This document shows positions 12,065 to 26,400 of a DNA stretch of 60,987 bases, piece by piece. The position numbers and the translations under genes are program-made. Numbering within the stretch: the first letter of the stretch is position 1; each line of letters starts with the position of its first letter. Source of the stretch: Aplysia californica (Eukaryota); contig NW_004797640.1 in the NCBI RefSeq assembly GCF_000002075.1, positions 430,857-491,843 of the forward strand, read 5' to 3'. Under the pieces are notes generated by a model. The model saw only the letters and a list, made by a program, of their open reading frames with translations, ran no database searches and was not told the origin of the DNA.

Positions 12065-15000
12065 GTCTTTCAAATATCTCGATGCCTGACTTCTGAATGC
12101 TAGGGGATGGACAGCCAAGGGACTATTGCTATTGCCTAGCATCGCTTCCCTCACTTGACTGACTGACAAAAGACATGGCAGAAAGGCTTGGAGTCTTGAG
12201 TATCTGTGTCGACCTACACATAATGTGACATTATAATCAGTTCTGTGGTCAAATTGACACAAGACACGGTTTCAGAACTGTAAGTTGGGTCTGGCTGAGC
12301 GCTGCAGTTTGACGTAAAACATGGCATCTGGTCTGTCCCTGAACACTGCTGATGCCTCCTGCGATGCAAGGGCCGCTCCCTGGAACAATATTATCAGCTG
12401 TCTTACTTTTTGGTATTTGGTTAGTGATCTGTCTCAGCTTCGTCATCTTTCACAGAGGTAAATGCCATGGCTGCCTAGGTCACCTTATATTAGATGTGGC
12501 AATAAAGGTTTTCGCCTAGGAGTAAAACAATGTCCAGTCAACTGACCCCCAACACCTTGTTTCATGCTCTTGTCTGGATCAGCACCTTAAAGTTCAACTA
12601 ACGGGAGATGTTACGCAAATCTATGATAGAGAATAGCAATGTCGACATACTCACAGTGTGGCATAAGAGCTATGTTTCTATCTTCAAACCTTTCCATAAA
12701 TGGATAGGGCACAAGAACTCTGGTGAGGCCTTGCCCTGTCTATTCACTTAATGCTTTACAGTCACTGCCAGCTGTGCAAAATACCCCATAGGTCACCCAG
12801 CCAGAATAGTGACTTCAACGGACTTCTTGGGCCTGTCGCAGAACTGCGTCAAGTGACTGGAGCGATTAATTTTCACCATCGCATTATTGCGGCCGGTGAC
12901 CGCAACTAATATATACGGTTAAGACATGCCCAAGGGCGTTAGTTTGGCAAAACTCCTGTAACCAGCACAAGGTGTTGTGTTAAGGCTATGATCTGGTATA
13001 AATCTGTCAACTAGCTCATCATTGCTGCTGTGGAAGGTTGATCACTTTTTCTTTATTTGATCTAAGATAATTTCTTATGTGGGTACCACCTGATTGCTGA
13101 TTAGCTCACAGTTAGTGCGTTCAAATTACACATTTACAGGAGACTGATCTTATCAATAAAAACAGTGGAAACTTATGCCTGTCCTCCCATCTTTCAATAG
13201 AAAAGTATAAGTTCCTCAAAGCTCAAGCATGTTTTGTTTTTGTTAATTCTCAAGATGTACAAGAGAAGTTTGGAGTTAAAAACTAACAGTCTGCTACTGG
13301 AACGATTTCAACAAAAAACAACAACATCATAAACTTACAATGTCATCATTTTCCATTCGTGTGACCAGGCTGATCACTTCAGTTTGCCATTTGATTTGTA
13401 GGAAACTGTTCGTAAAACACACTGTGACTATTTTTTTCTGACCATGTTTCTGTCTGCCGTCCAATAGGGTCTAGGTTGTTACCCAAGATATTATAAGTAT
13501 TCAGAGCACTGCCACCGAAATGTGGACTTCAAAACATTGTTGCTGATTATTATGATTTCCCTGTACTGTTTGATACATCTTCATGCCTTTTAATTTCTGT
13601 TGATGGTTAGTGAGTAAACTCTAGGAAATAGTCACAGAATAAAGCTTTCTATCAACTTCTAGATTGTTCTAGTATTTATTATAAGCAGAGAGCTATTGGC
13701 TTCATGTAATTTTGAAAGTGTGATAGGACGAATTCAAATGGCTTGTTATGCTGGAATGCTGTTCAAAAGTATCTGTTGATGGAGGTTGAACATTAACTTG
13801 CTGCTCTTGTAAAAGTCGCTTGTATGTGAACAAAAGCCATCATTTGTAGTTTTTCAGGACTGCACGGTACAGAAAATTATCAAGAATTTACAATAAAATT
13901 TGACTGATGTACGAAAGTGAAGAATGCAAACCCCCCCCCCCCCCCCCACCCCATCCATACAGCAGTCCGGTGTTGAGGATGTTTTTACCACTGTAGGTAG
14001 AACAGTGTTGTGTGGATGATTGGATGGTTTACACAAAAGGGAGGAGAAAAGGGGAACAACTTCTATGTTTTTACTAAGTTGCTGTTGAGATTTCAAATTT
14101 GTTTGCCTGGTGGTTGTCAGAGAAATTTTGTGAGCGCACTTCCTTGGCTGAATGCTTGTCTGTGTCCTCCTTTGGCTGTGGTGATTTTATTTATGATAAC
14201 TTGTTCCAGGGTTGGGTTTTAATGTCTTCTTTATTTTTGGCTGTGAAGAAACAGTAGGTGATAGGGACTTTTTTCTTGTCTGCTTTTACTTTTTATTTAT
14301 ACCGTTTTCCTCATTTCGTTATTGCCAACAGAGAGCTTTGTGAGCATTCTGGTGGGGTGAGGTGTTGTCTTTTGTTGTGCTGTCCGCCCATTGGCTGTGG
14401 TGATCCTAGTATTCCTAGTTGTGATGATAACTTATTCCTGGTTTAAAATGGTGGCAATTTTACTGTTTTAGTTGGCTGTGTTGATAAAGGCTTTGGTGTA
14501 GTTTCAGAAGATCTGTTGATTTCTGAGACGTAATTACGAAGCCTGCCGTTTGATTTGCTCAAAGTCAAAAGTGACACAGTGTGTACCTAGGGGTGTGGTG
14601 GAACATAGTCGAAAAGGTTCCACCAGAAAGGATATAATAGTGTCTAGAACAGATCTGAAACTTGTGGCCCACAGGACGTTATTTTGTGACCCCAATCTTG
14701 CTCTTCTTCTGACTGCCTTTGGGGGACTTTTGAATTGAAGAGCACAGGGGGAAAATGACCGTAGTCAAAAACTGGAAATTGTAAGGGTGCCAATTTTAAA
14801 AGCTTGTGGACTTCATATTTGTTTGACTGGTGGTTTATTTTTTAAAAATTATTGTTACATTTGTTGAATGGGAAATCTAAAAACAAAAATCAATAGTTGA
14901 ACAGAAATACAGTTATGAATCAACAAGCATTCAAAATTGATACCCTCACAATTTTCAGTTTGTGACTATGGTCGTTTTTCCCCTGTGTTCTTCAATTGTA

Positions 15001-16085
15001 AACCTAGTGGTTAACTAACAGAATCATGCATGGTTGCAAATTGAAACAAATGTAAGAGAAACTTCAGTTCAAAGTGTCCTGTGTCAGTCTCAATAATTTC
15101 TATAAATGTATATTCGTTGAGCATTGAAATTTCAATAACGTACAAAGGCAAAAAGATGTGCCCGTTTTCACCTGCATAAATCCCAAATCTTTAAAAAGGT
15201 CGATTTAACAGAGATTTTGTNNNNNNNNNNNNNNNNNNNNNNNNNNNNNNNNNNNNNNNNNNNNNNNNNNNNNNNNNNNNNNNNNNNNNNNNNNNNNNNN
15301 NNNNNNNNNNNNNNNNNNNNGGGGGGGAGGGGGGAGTTCATTCAAATGGCAGTTCAGTTGTCAGGGTTTGTGACAGATTTTGGTGTTCCTGCTCAGTTTT
15401 TCCTGACTGTCATTGGAAGCTCTCAGGAATTCAATGTTATGGAGGCTGCTGTGTTTTGCCAGATTATTTTGATGTGAGAGAAAATTTGCGTTTTTGTCTT
15501 CCTCTGTTTCATTTCAGTGGTCTTTGCTAAAGGAATGAGTCTTTCCAGGTTTCCTTTTCTGCTCATGTGGTCAATGAACAAGATTTTTTTGTTTTTCTCA
15601 CTTGATAAATTCACTGAATAGTTACATTGGTAGAGTAAGAAAGGCAAACTATTGAGGTACTGAAAAAATATTATGCGTTTGATAAATAAATCATGTGAGA
15701 CTATGATTTAATCAGTTGCCTGATGACCCGTCATGTTTACAATACCTACCATCTCATTAAGTCATGATGTTACTGTGAAAAATAAATATGGGTTGTGATT
15801 CTGAAAGTTAAATAACCCGAGCTAGCCCTTTATTTCTTCTGAACACTAACGTTTTGTGAAGGTCCAAAAGATGAAACATGCAGTCCATCATGTTCTGTTT
15901 ACATTGTGAGTGCAGTGTTGACATCCTTTTTCTCACTTGTTATTTTCTGTGTTAATCAAAAGAGAAAAACGAGTATTAGAATAGGTCCTGACCTAGGAGG
16001 ACCACCATGTTTTTATATAATATTTTGCTTTCTGACTTTGTCTCTTTTCCAAATATTCCTTGGTGCTATACCGATATTATGGCGG

Positions 16086-16638
16086 GGTTCTTTACCTCTC
16101 TGTGTGAGTGTCAAAGTGTGTGGAGAATTGTTGCTGGTTGTCTAGATGAAAGATTGTCTTTCTTTTTTTGAGAGAGAGAAAGAGGTAGAGAGAGACATAG
16201 TTTTTAGTGATGATTTGACAGTTTGATATTTTTTCATCGCTTGACAGATAGGGAGAGGGAGAGTTATAAGTTGATCATTGTTTTAGAGTTTGACATTTTT
16301 TCTTTTTCTTCTTGAGAGATAGAGAACGACTGAGTGAGAGAGAGAGGGAGACCAGAGGTTCTTTACCTCTCTGTGTGAGTGCCAAAGTACGTGGAAAATT
16401 GTTGCTGGTTGTCTGGATGAAAGAATTTTATTTAAATTTTTTTAGAGAGAATGAGGTAGAGAGAGACATAGTAACATAGTCTTTAGTGATGATTTGAAAG
16501 TTTTTGTATTCTTTTCATCACATGACAGATGGAAAAAGGAAGAGTTATTAGTTGATAATTATTTTAGAGATTGACATTTTTCTTTTTCTTCTTGTGAGAT
16601 AAGGGAAAAACTGAGTGAGAGAGAGAGAGAGGGAGAGA
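16086..16638 (+). repeat. Diverged ~270-bp tandem duplication
   Basis: Units start ggttctttacctctctgtgtgagtg at 16086 and 16357, and both end in (GA)n. Confidence 0.85.
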
Positions 16639-19600
16639 CTTAGTTGATAATTTTTGCCTGAACTGCTTGGAGTAACGGATACGCTTTTTTCTTTTTTTTA
16701 GTGGCATAATTGATTTGTACTGTGATTGACTTGCAGTTCTAACATGCTTCTATAATTCAATAGTTTGTACCCTTGGGATAATGAGAGAAATTAATATTAT
16801 TGCTTCACACTGCAGCAATGTGTTTATATTTTCTTTGTTGACTGAACCAAAACATTATGTCTTCAAAGATTCTTTGAAGCTTATTTAACTTTATTAGCAT
16901 GTCCACCTTAATTAATTAATATTTTTGCAGTTCTACAATGGTAAAAAGATTCTGACCCAAGATTTAAGACAAAACACCACCTTTTAATGTTTTTCAGTAA
17001 AATTTGTGGAGGAAAATTAAGGCAAAATAAGACGTGTTAATCTTTTGCTCTAAGATTTGTGGAGAGACTTGAAATTGAAAATGCGAAAGATCTGACCAGG
17101 GTTTTCATATTCTTTTATCATGTTGAAAAGACTTTGCTGCCGAATTAGGTAACCTTTTCAAAGTCCTTTACATGACTGTGAGCCAGGAAATTTTCAAAGC
17201 CAGTATCCAAAGTGTTTGGTGTTTTCAAGGGACCTGAATATTTTTACGGGTGAACGTATTGTTTATTATGTATTCTTGACAATTTTTTAATTCCTACATG
17301 CCTTTGTATGATATTGAGACACTGGATTAAGATAATTTGCACATTTTAGAAGTACGGAGTTGGGTTTCTGTTTTCTTTTAATCTTAAAAGTCACGGATAA
17401 GTGAACTTTACAAAGAACCTTCTTTTTTTTGTTGTTGTTGTTGTCCTTGTTGATTAATCAGTTTTTTAACCATTGATCTACCTACATTGTACAGTAGACA
17501 CTGTACATTTTGTTTTCTGTTGAGAAGATTTGTTTAAGACTTACAACAAAGTTGCCATAGGAGCATTGTGTGCATGTTAATATGAGTGGGAGACAGATAT
17601 GAGGCTCCGCTACTCGCTGTTTAAAAGTGTTTCAACAAGAACTATCTTTCTTCATTTTTTTCCTTTACTTCAAAATTCATACGCTGCAAATTTATCATTT
17701 TTTAATTCCTGTTTTCGATCCCAACCCAAAAACTTCACTAAAAGATGGAAAGTTTATAGTGTATACTTCCTGGAAGTTACGGCAATATCTGTCAGCTGAT
17801 TCTAAGTTTTCAGCTTGTCTCGTTTTTGTCTTTCTGGGTTTCTGAGAAAGAAAGAGAGAGAGTTTGTGTTTGTGTGTGTGTATGTGTGTGCATGCGTGCA
17901 ATTGTGTGTGAGAGAGAGAGAGAGTGAAGAAGAAACAGAAAGAGAATCTCAGACTTTTATTGATATTGTAACTACAAGACGTCAAGAAATCCATGTGTAG
18001 TGTGTCTGCCCTTTTTTGCTTTATATTCTTTACTGACTCTCTCCGTAGTCCGTAGATTGATCTGTACTGGCGCATTTCTCCCTCCTACTAATAAACAAAA
18101 AGATACATGTACCCCGAGATCTGTAAGTTGAGCTGTTTTCTCATGTTCCAACGTGGATCCACTGTTCTCATTACCACATGCTTCGTGAACAATAAATGCT
18201 CTCCATAAATTATTTATGTGATACAATTGTGATGATCATACGGCCGATTGGTACCACCTGTTAACGTAAATGAATGAGCTTCTATTTTGAAGACATGAAT
18301 AGTTGAATAGGTACATTTTGCTTATTATTTGTAAGAAGGGGTTGATGATTGACTGAACATAAATAACTATTTGCAAGAAATCAAAGTATCAAATAGTGAA
18401 AGAATCACATGCTTCCGTAGATGAATGGGCCTTTTTTATAGGATATTATATTAGAGCCTGTTTTGTTTATTGCATTAGTGTCCTTTTCCTAGGGCTGAAC
18501 ATCTGGTCTTTCACCACAGCATATGGCAGAGATGGAAAAACATCCCCTATAGATGTGTTACTAAATGATACTGATGTCAGTGGTGGAGTAGCCAGGCTGT
18601 CAGATGTAACTCTTTATGTGCCATGAGTCATCAGCACAATCAAAAAGTGTGGAGAAAGGCACTGATGAACCGGTGCTTGGTATAGAAAGAGTTCAGTTAA
18701 GATTGAGTGCTCATAGGTTCATGTCCTGGTAGTGCTGTCTAAAAACTGTGTCTTTGAAGAGAAGGAAGCACTTTTTTCCCCGAATACTCTTCTCTCCTCC
18801 TGAGCATGGCTATATATACGGACTAGCTGTCTCTTTCTGCCTGGGTTGTTGTAAGACTGCGGTAGACTCGCATCCTGTCAAGACAATACTGTAGTTTCAT
18901 CTACTTTGCTTCACATGTGAACTTGAACATGCATCCTCTCTACCACTGGCCATTATCGACCCTCAAAGCAAACTGTCATAGGCCTGCTTTTCCCAAGTGT
19001 CAGCCGCATCATTTGAACGAGTCCCAATCTCACCCACAGAAACCAGCTGGCTTGTTTCTTTCAGCTCTTGTCATCTGTGCATAAAGTGATTCCGTATTTG
19101 TAATGATGTGTCTATGCAGAGGAATTTACTGAATTTGATTTCCTTTACTTTTGTTGAATATTTAAATAAACTTGACAATAACACTATCATTACCATGTCA
19201 ACATTTATGCATATATATGTGGATCATGTGGCACGAGATGGGAGCTTGTCATGGCATCATGTTTCATGTCAATTCATGAGATTGGCAGCTTTCACACTTA
19301 AGTGGTAACGGTCTGTCTTGTTTTGATATATGAGTTTTTCGACCTTCTAGTGATTGTCATTTTGGAGGTAGAGTGACTGTGATGTAGCGGTTGATTAGAT
19401 ACTTCGCTATGGTACACAGGAGACCTGAATTCGATTTCAAAGTGGGGAGAATTTTAATTGAATATTTATGTCTTCTTTCTGGGATGTTGTTGTATCCCTC
19501 TCAGTCCTAGCTGGCTTTGACAGGCATGGTTGATTGAAGCTTGCCTCCTAAATTATCTCAATTGGGGGGTTTTTTCAATGGGGAAGTTAAAAAGACCTGC

Positions 19601-20317
19601 GTTAAAAAAAAAATTTTAATTATGAAGCAGGTAGAGTGCATAGGGCCAAGTGTTTTCCTAAGCTATTTATAATTTAGTATTGAGCAGAGAGTGTTAAATG
19701 ATAAAAATGGCATTTATGCATATATAGCGTTCTTTTTCAAGATCCAATAATTGAAATTGAAATGTTATTGTTATGAAGTCTTTTCGTACAGGAGTTCCCA
19801 AATTTTCTCAGTGTTTCTTTCTTTCATTTACAAGTGGAGCTCAAACAAATGTCAATGGTGTTATGCTATAAGGGTGTAACTGATTTTTTAAAAACTTTCA
19901 GAGCACACAAAGAAACAACCTATCTAAATTAGATGATGAGAAAAGACTCAAGTCAGTCTGAAGTACCTTTGTACATGTGCTATTTATAGCGGATGCTGAA
20001 TCATGATTTCTATCGAGGGCTTAAAAATTGCCCTCAGCAATAGGTTTTAGAGCACAAAAAATAACAGGGTTGACCCATTTTTTTCCAGTGACGCAGGTTA
20101 ACCAGAACACCGTCGTTATTTTTTGTCTTTTGCCACTTCAGTGTGAAAGCTCTCCAAGACCAAGTGTGATATGGATGCCGATCGTTATACAGTGCTCTTA
20201 TACGACATGGAAACTGTTCTCACAAGAAGTATTTTTGAACCAAACTGAGGCTTTGTTTACTATGGAATGTTAGGGTGAGTGTAAAGTATCTTGTTACTTT
20301 GACTTTGATGCAATGTG

Positions 20318-20323
20318 AATAAA
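20318..20323 (+). terminator. Candidate distal AREL1 polyadenylation signal
   Basis: AATAAA followed by a GT/T-rich tract (ttttcgttaagtttgtgtttatt), just before dispersed repeats resume. Several more proximal AATAAA hexamers also exist. Confidence 0.3.
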
Positions 20324-21299
20324 TACTGAATATTTGCTGACATGAAACTTTTCGTTAAGTTTGTGTTTATTCTTCTCTGTAATTTTTGAAGAAAACTTGG
20401 TGGGGTTGTTTTTTTAAAACATTTTCTTTATATTTTTATGGACTGGTAGGGAAATCTTTTTTACATTTTTTTAAACGTGGTTTTGGGAAGGGGCTCCTGC
20501 TAAGAGGTTCTCTTTCTACTTCTTTGCCCAGTTGAGAGTTGCTATTTTTTTGTTTCAGTAAGAGTTTTACGGCACTTGCAACACAATAAGGTCATATATT
20601 TATAAGAGCCCAAGATTAGAGGAGTTACAAGAGAGTAACAAACTAGAACTGTGTCAGTGTACCGTTTCAGCTACCGGGAATTCATTTTTCTTTCTTTTTT
20701 CTATTTTACTACTTTGAGTTTGAGTAAAGAGAATTACACAAATCATCGACACAATAAGAACATCTATCATCTTTATCGCTCTTCCTTTTTAACGTGTGTT
20801 ACTGTCTAATCTTCAGCACTTACATGATCTAATTGTGTTGCCAGTGATGTAAAACTCTTACAAAAATGGGCTGATCCAAGAATGTCATGCTCATAACTGC
20901 CTGAACTACAACAGGGAACTTCTGCTTTTTCTGTCCTAATCCAGACTATCGTCATTTTCCTCTACTTCTTTTGTATGTTTGTCACACTCTTGTGACCCGT
21001 TATTTCCGGGGTGCCTTGATAGTCAAAGCAGAGTATGTGCTGCTGAAGCTAAAGAGGTGGGCAGAGTAAGTCTGATTCCCTGTAAGGACTTCTCTGTTGA
21101 CATCCATCCACTCCTTGGTGCTCATATGACCTTATGCAGTTGCGAGCGCCGTAAAACCTCTACTAAAACAAATATAACTCTTACAAAGACTTTTAAAAAT
21201 CTGTAGTTTTTGCTACAAGTTTTTGTGCTGTTGATATTTGAGGGAATGTTTTGTTGCACAGCTAGCGTTTGTTTTGTTTTTCGTACAGACAATCAGTTT

Positions 21300-21482
21300 A
21301 GTTTTAGTAGACGTTTTACGGCGCTCGCAACTGCATAAAAGGTCATATGAGCGCCAGAAGATTAGAGGTGTTACAAGAGAGTAACAAACATAAAAAAGAA
21401 AAAGGGGAGATAAGGACGACAGATCTTTGACAGGAAAGAAGAAGCAAACCACACCAGAGCACCCGCCAACCACCCACCCACA
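21300..21482 (-). mobile_element. Retroposon 3'-end family (I/Nimb-like tail inferred), representative copy; ~16 copies in window
   Basis: Consensus ...gctctggtgtggtttgcttcttctttcc...tttgttactctcttgtaacacctctaatcttctggcgctcatatgaccttatgcagttgcgagcgccgtaaaacctctactaaaactaaa. Copies near 2891(+), 20555(-), 20944(+), 21300(-), 26100(-), 35940(-), 37675(-), 38015(-), 40236(+), 49470(+), 51740(+), 57690(+), 59520(+), 59705(+), 59820(+) and 60130(+). Variable 5' truncation with a shared 3' end. Confidence 0.8.
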
Positions 21483-23191
21483 AACAATCAGGTAGAGGAA
21501 AAGCATAGCAACTGCACTGATAGAAACCACGAGGAGAGGAACCTGGTGGGAAAAGTGGCAGTCTATCACTTGCTGAAAAAAACAGCCGTCACTACAGCAT
21601 ACGAATGAATTGATAAGAAAAGACAAATGAGAAGCAGCAAGAGAAAACCATCGCAGACATCATGAGACAAAACAAGCAACAGGCAGGGGGAAAAAGTTCA
21701 AAGAAATAAGAATACGAGTGATTTATCAAGCATCATCAAAAAAAAAGTTGTATATAGAGATGCTGCACTGTAATCTTTTAAAGTTTTTTTGTTTTGTTTT
21801 GGGTTTTTTAAACACATCTAATACAGAAATAGTCTTCGAATTTGTCTTTTTTTTAGTTTCTCAAAACCCCCACCCCAATCCCCCGAAGAGTATGCAGACT
21901 ATATCAGGGATATAAAAAAATCATGAAGCAAAACACTGAAAGATCAAACTTTTCTCTCGAATATTCTTTAATTTTAATGTCATAACAAGCAGCAGCAGCA
22001 AAAACAAGATGAATGGTTTTAAAGATGAAGATGTATGCCAAGGTCATTGTTAAATTCAGACAAGAGCTCTGAAACTTGGAGCTATGACACAAAAACAATT
22101 CACACCATATTATTATTATTGGGCATAGATCTTGAGCTAAGCCCTTTTCACAAACTCGCATACCAGTACAGCTTTCTTTGCGGTCATATGAAACTCAAGC
22201 CCCCACCAAACACATATACGTCCAATAAGAAAATTTGAATTTCATACACGACCTCTCAAAGTGAAAAGGTATCTCCTCCCTTGATTTCCTATTGTCTTCA
22301 CAACAATTCCTCTTTCTTGCTGCCTCTAGATGTTTCCTTTTCTCCCAAACCTGATCTGTGGCTTTTTCATATTTTTTATATAAAGTCTTTTCTCTTCAGC
22401 CACTTTTGAACCAGTTTCATTGAAACCAGAAGCTCTCAGAAACCAAAATCAAGTTGCTTCAGGCCTTTTATTGGAGCAAAAACTGTCCACGTTTTATGTA
22501 ACTTTCTTAGTCAAATAAATATTACCTCAAAAACTCAACAACAAAAAACAAACTTAAGAATCCCTGCGTAAATCATTTAATATATATTACAATATATGTA
22601 CAGTAGTTCGGACTGATAAATCAACAAACGTAAAAAAAACAAAAGTTTGGGCAAGTTCTCCACGGCTCTGTTGCTTAACATGTACACAGAAACCTCAGCC
22701 AAAGCATCATGTACCAAGTGTAAGTGACAACATAGTCAGTAACAATAACATAAGGAATAATTTTGTAATATATATTTTTATGTAAAGAGTTATGAAATAA
22801 ACAGAGATGGAATTCTCTTTGAAAATTCTAGATTAAAGTCTGGAAACAAAAACTGCATGCAAACAAAAGCCAGTAATAATAATTGCAATGTGAATTTAAG
22901 TCACTACAATTATATTGCACATCATCGACTTTGTCTGTCTTCTCATGACTTTTGCTACGAAAACTTTGCATGAAAGACAGTAGCTAATGAGGTGAAAATA
23001 ACATGACAGCTTGTGCATGCAAGCGCACACACAAATGCATGCACTCACAACACCCACACACACATACGTAAAGCACACACAAACACCTCAATGACCAATA
23101 ATAACATAAAATTCCTAGAATTCCATCACAATATTTCTTTCTCTCTAGATCCTATCCCACTCTTCTCTTTGCCTCTTGGTCTCTCTCTCTT

Positions 23192-23249
<58 letters not shown>

Positions 23250-23420
23250 CTGCCCTCCCTTTCTCCTTCTTCCTTCCTTCCACTCTCTCTCTTCCTCCTT
23301 CCCTCTCTCTTCTTCTCTGTCCATCATCAATCCTCCACAACAGCCCCACAGAAACACCTTTAAAACGAGAAAACAAGTCAGGGAGTAGCAATTGTAAAAT
23401 ATATAAATAACCCAGCCACA

Positions 23421-26400
23421 TCACAACTTGGCATTGACCGTGACTGTCTTAGAGTGAAGGTTGATGCTCACTGAAGGCAGGGGAGGAACGTCAATAAACT
23501 GACCTGTGGACCAGATATAAAATAATAATGTAGATTATTTTTATAGCACCCACTCCCGTGGTAACACAGCTCTAGGCACTTTACATAAATGATAAATGCA
23601 TGTACGAACAATATTCATGCACGCACGCACCCATGCACACACACACATTACAGTCACGCACACATGTGTGCACACATGCACGCCGAACACACACACACAC
23701 ATATACTTGCTTATCACACACACACACTTAAACATCGTTATGAAATGAGCACATACAAATTCACATAATAAAATAATACGCACAATACAATTAGCAAAAT
23801 ACACAAATGGATACATATAAACAATTATTTTCACAAAATAGCAAATCAGCCTAGATTGATTTACACATTTTTTTAAAAACTAAACAAGAAACATAAATTA
23901 AATACAAGGGAGTTGCTTAAACTGAAACCTGCAGGACTGCCGGATTTCCTTCCATTCAGACGTGTTTTCAGTTTATAGTGATTGCTCAAATAGAGGAGGG
24001 AAAAAAATCATCGATTCTATTGTGGGGTGTTTATTGCTGTTTTTGGATTAACCATGTCCGGTTTAAGCGGAATTCATTCTAATGACTCCACAGAATTATC
24101 TGTCATAACGCATATATACAGTGGCGTCCAAAAGAAACTTGAAAATGCATTGCCCTCTCATGCAGCATACCAATGTTAAGGGAAGACCCGGGTCAGTGAT
24201 CTCACAGAATATCGATAAAATTTTTCATTTTTTGACTGAAAAACATCCTTTGACATCTGTTCTGTCAGGTCACAATGACAAAAGTGTTGAAAAAACACCC
24301 TAAATGACCAAAAAGGGCATTTGAAAATTCTATGTTGAACTAAAATTACTTTTTAAAATTCCTGGGGTTGTCTTGTTTTTCTCAAAATCTGCTTTCTGAC
24401 ATATGTACGCAAGGAGTCTTCAAAATCTACGGAAGCTAGAAGCTTCACATTTCGTATACAAGTGCTTTAAGATCTATTCTGGTGATCTATGCACGGAAAT
24501 TGGGGAAATATAGGTAACTTGTGGAAATATTCAAATGTTTTTGTAACATATATATCCCAAAGTTTCGTCAACTAACTGTCAGGGGTCCATTGATTTTGGG
24601 TTTCACTTTTTTTATTTTTCAAGATAGATCAAAATCATGACAAAGATCCACAGTCCATTGAGGTTTGCACCTGTGTGCCAAATTTCATACCTGTAGTTTC
24701 ACTATTTTCTATGAAATTCATCCTTACTAAGAAACTGGTTTAAAAATTCAAGATGGCCATCATAGAGATATCAGAAAAAATCAACAAATTCAACCTTAGT
24801 ACATCCTGTTTACCTATGAACCTCTTGCACAATTACGTGAAAGTGAATAAAAGTCATTCATTTCGAAAAATTTTCCGGGACTGTATGTCTCCCTTAAAGC
24901 TAAATAAATTATGCATCATCTGACATATTAATTCATCTATGTCAAGAGATGCCTGAGATATGGTCACTCAAAATAGACCTTAAAAAATCAGGCTTAGAAA
25001 AATTGTGTAAAATCAAAGAAACGTAAAATTGTCTTTGCGCATGTATTGAAGAGCATCAATATTGATAGAATGGACATACATTGCATATCCAATTAATGGA
25101 GAACTTTGTCCCTGCAACAAAGACTATTTTATTACGACAGTTTCAAACAGAGCGGAAAACAGAGCAATCACATTCACAATTACCATGAAAAACTTGGACT
25201 TAACATTAAATGTTCTAATTGTTATTTTGTTTACGAGCCATTGACTTTGTGTAGCGCACGAACCATTAGTGCATCAACTCTACTCAATTTGGGACATAAT
25301 TATCTGTCATTTCATCCCAAATGTCACAGAGAGTTGCACACAAAGGGTCTGAAGAGGGAGCAAAGTCGCTTTTTTTTCAGCAGCTGTTTCAAGCGTCACA
25401 TACCAGTAAGATTCATATCCGGGCTATTGATTACTGGTGCACTCCAATATTGATTTAATTTGGTTTTCCAAGAATTGTCTTGTGAGATTGGCCTTGGCAA
25501 GAAAGTGCTTTGCTATGCATGGAGTTGTCTACTTGAATGACACCATGACGAAAATAAGGGTAAGACATGACGTCCCAGCACCTGTGCCATGTAGTCCACT
25601 AAACCAAGCCATCCAATGATTCTCACAAAGGCGGTTTTGTTCATTCCACTCAAGACCACCCAAAAACCATGGCAGTTTCTTGAACTCTGTACCTCACTGA
25701 CATGATTATGTCCAAAATCTAACTAACACGGTCCATGTACCAAAAAGGTTTCCTGCACCAAACAAAACCAATAGCTCCAAAACAAAAACAAAATTGTAGT
25801 AAAGAATCAATGTAATGTTAAGTTCAGGTTTTGTGCTGTATTTGTAACTGCTCCGTTTTCCAATCTGTTTGAAAATACCATCAGAAGACGCTGTTCATTG
25901 CAGAGACAATAATATTCTCTTTTCATTTGACATTCAAAACATGTCCATTTCTCCAAAGTTGAAGCACTTCAATACACCCAACAATTGCACTTTTACGTCT
26001 CTTTGATTTCGCACAATTTTGCCCAGCCAGATTATTTAAGGTCAGTTTTGAGTGACCATATCTCGGACGTCTCTTAACGAAGATGAAATATTAATGTTTT
26101 GTTTGAGCAGAGGTTTTACGGCGCCCGCAACTGCATAAGATCATATGAGCACCAGAAGATTAGAGGTGTTACAAGAGAGTAACAAACACAAAAAAGAAGA
26201 AGGAGAGATAAGGACGATAGATGTTTGTTAGGAAAGAAGAAGCAAACCACACCAGAGAACCTGCCAACCGCCCACTGAAATATTTTCAAGTTTCTTTTGG
26301 ACGCTATACGGATAACAATAACAACTGTATCAAACAACAGTAAATTATTCTGATTTTTGTGAGCAGCCCTCCATGTTCTTTTCTTCTGTTACCTTACATG

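Noticed and set aside
18660-18700. CTGATGA...GAAA hammerhead-like core
   Set aside because: Stem II does not close next to GAAA and stems I/III are missing; it lies in a decayed SINE-like stretch.
23013-23424. ORFs with ER/SL dipeptide repeats
   Set aside because: Translations of (CT)n/(GA)n microsatellites in the GNPAT 3'UTR.
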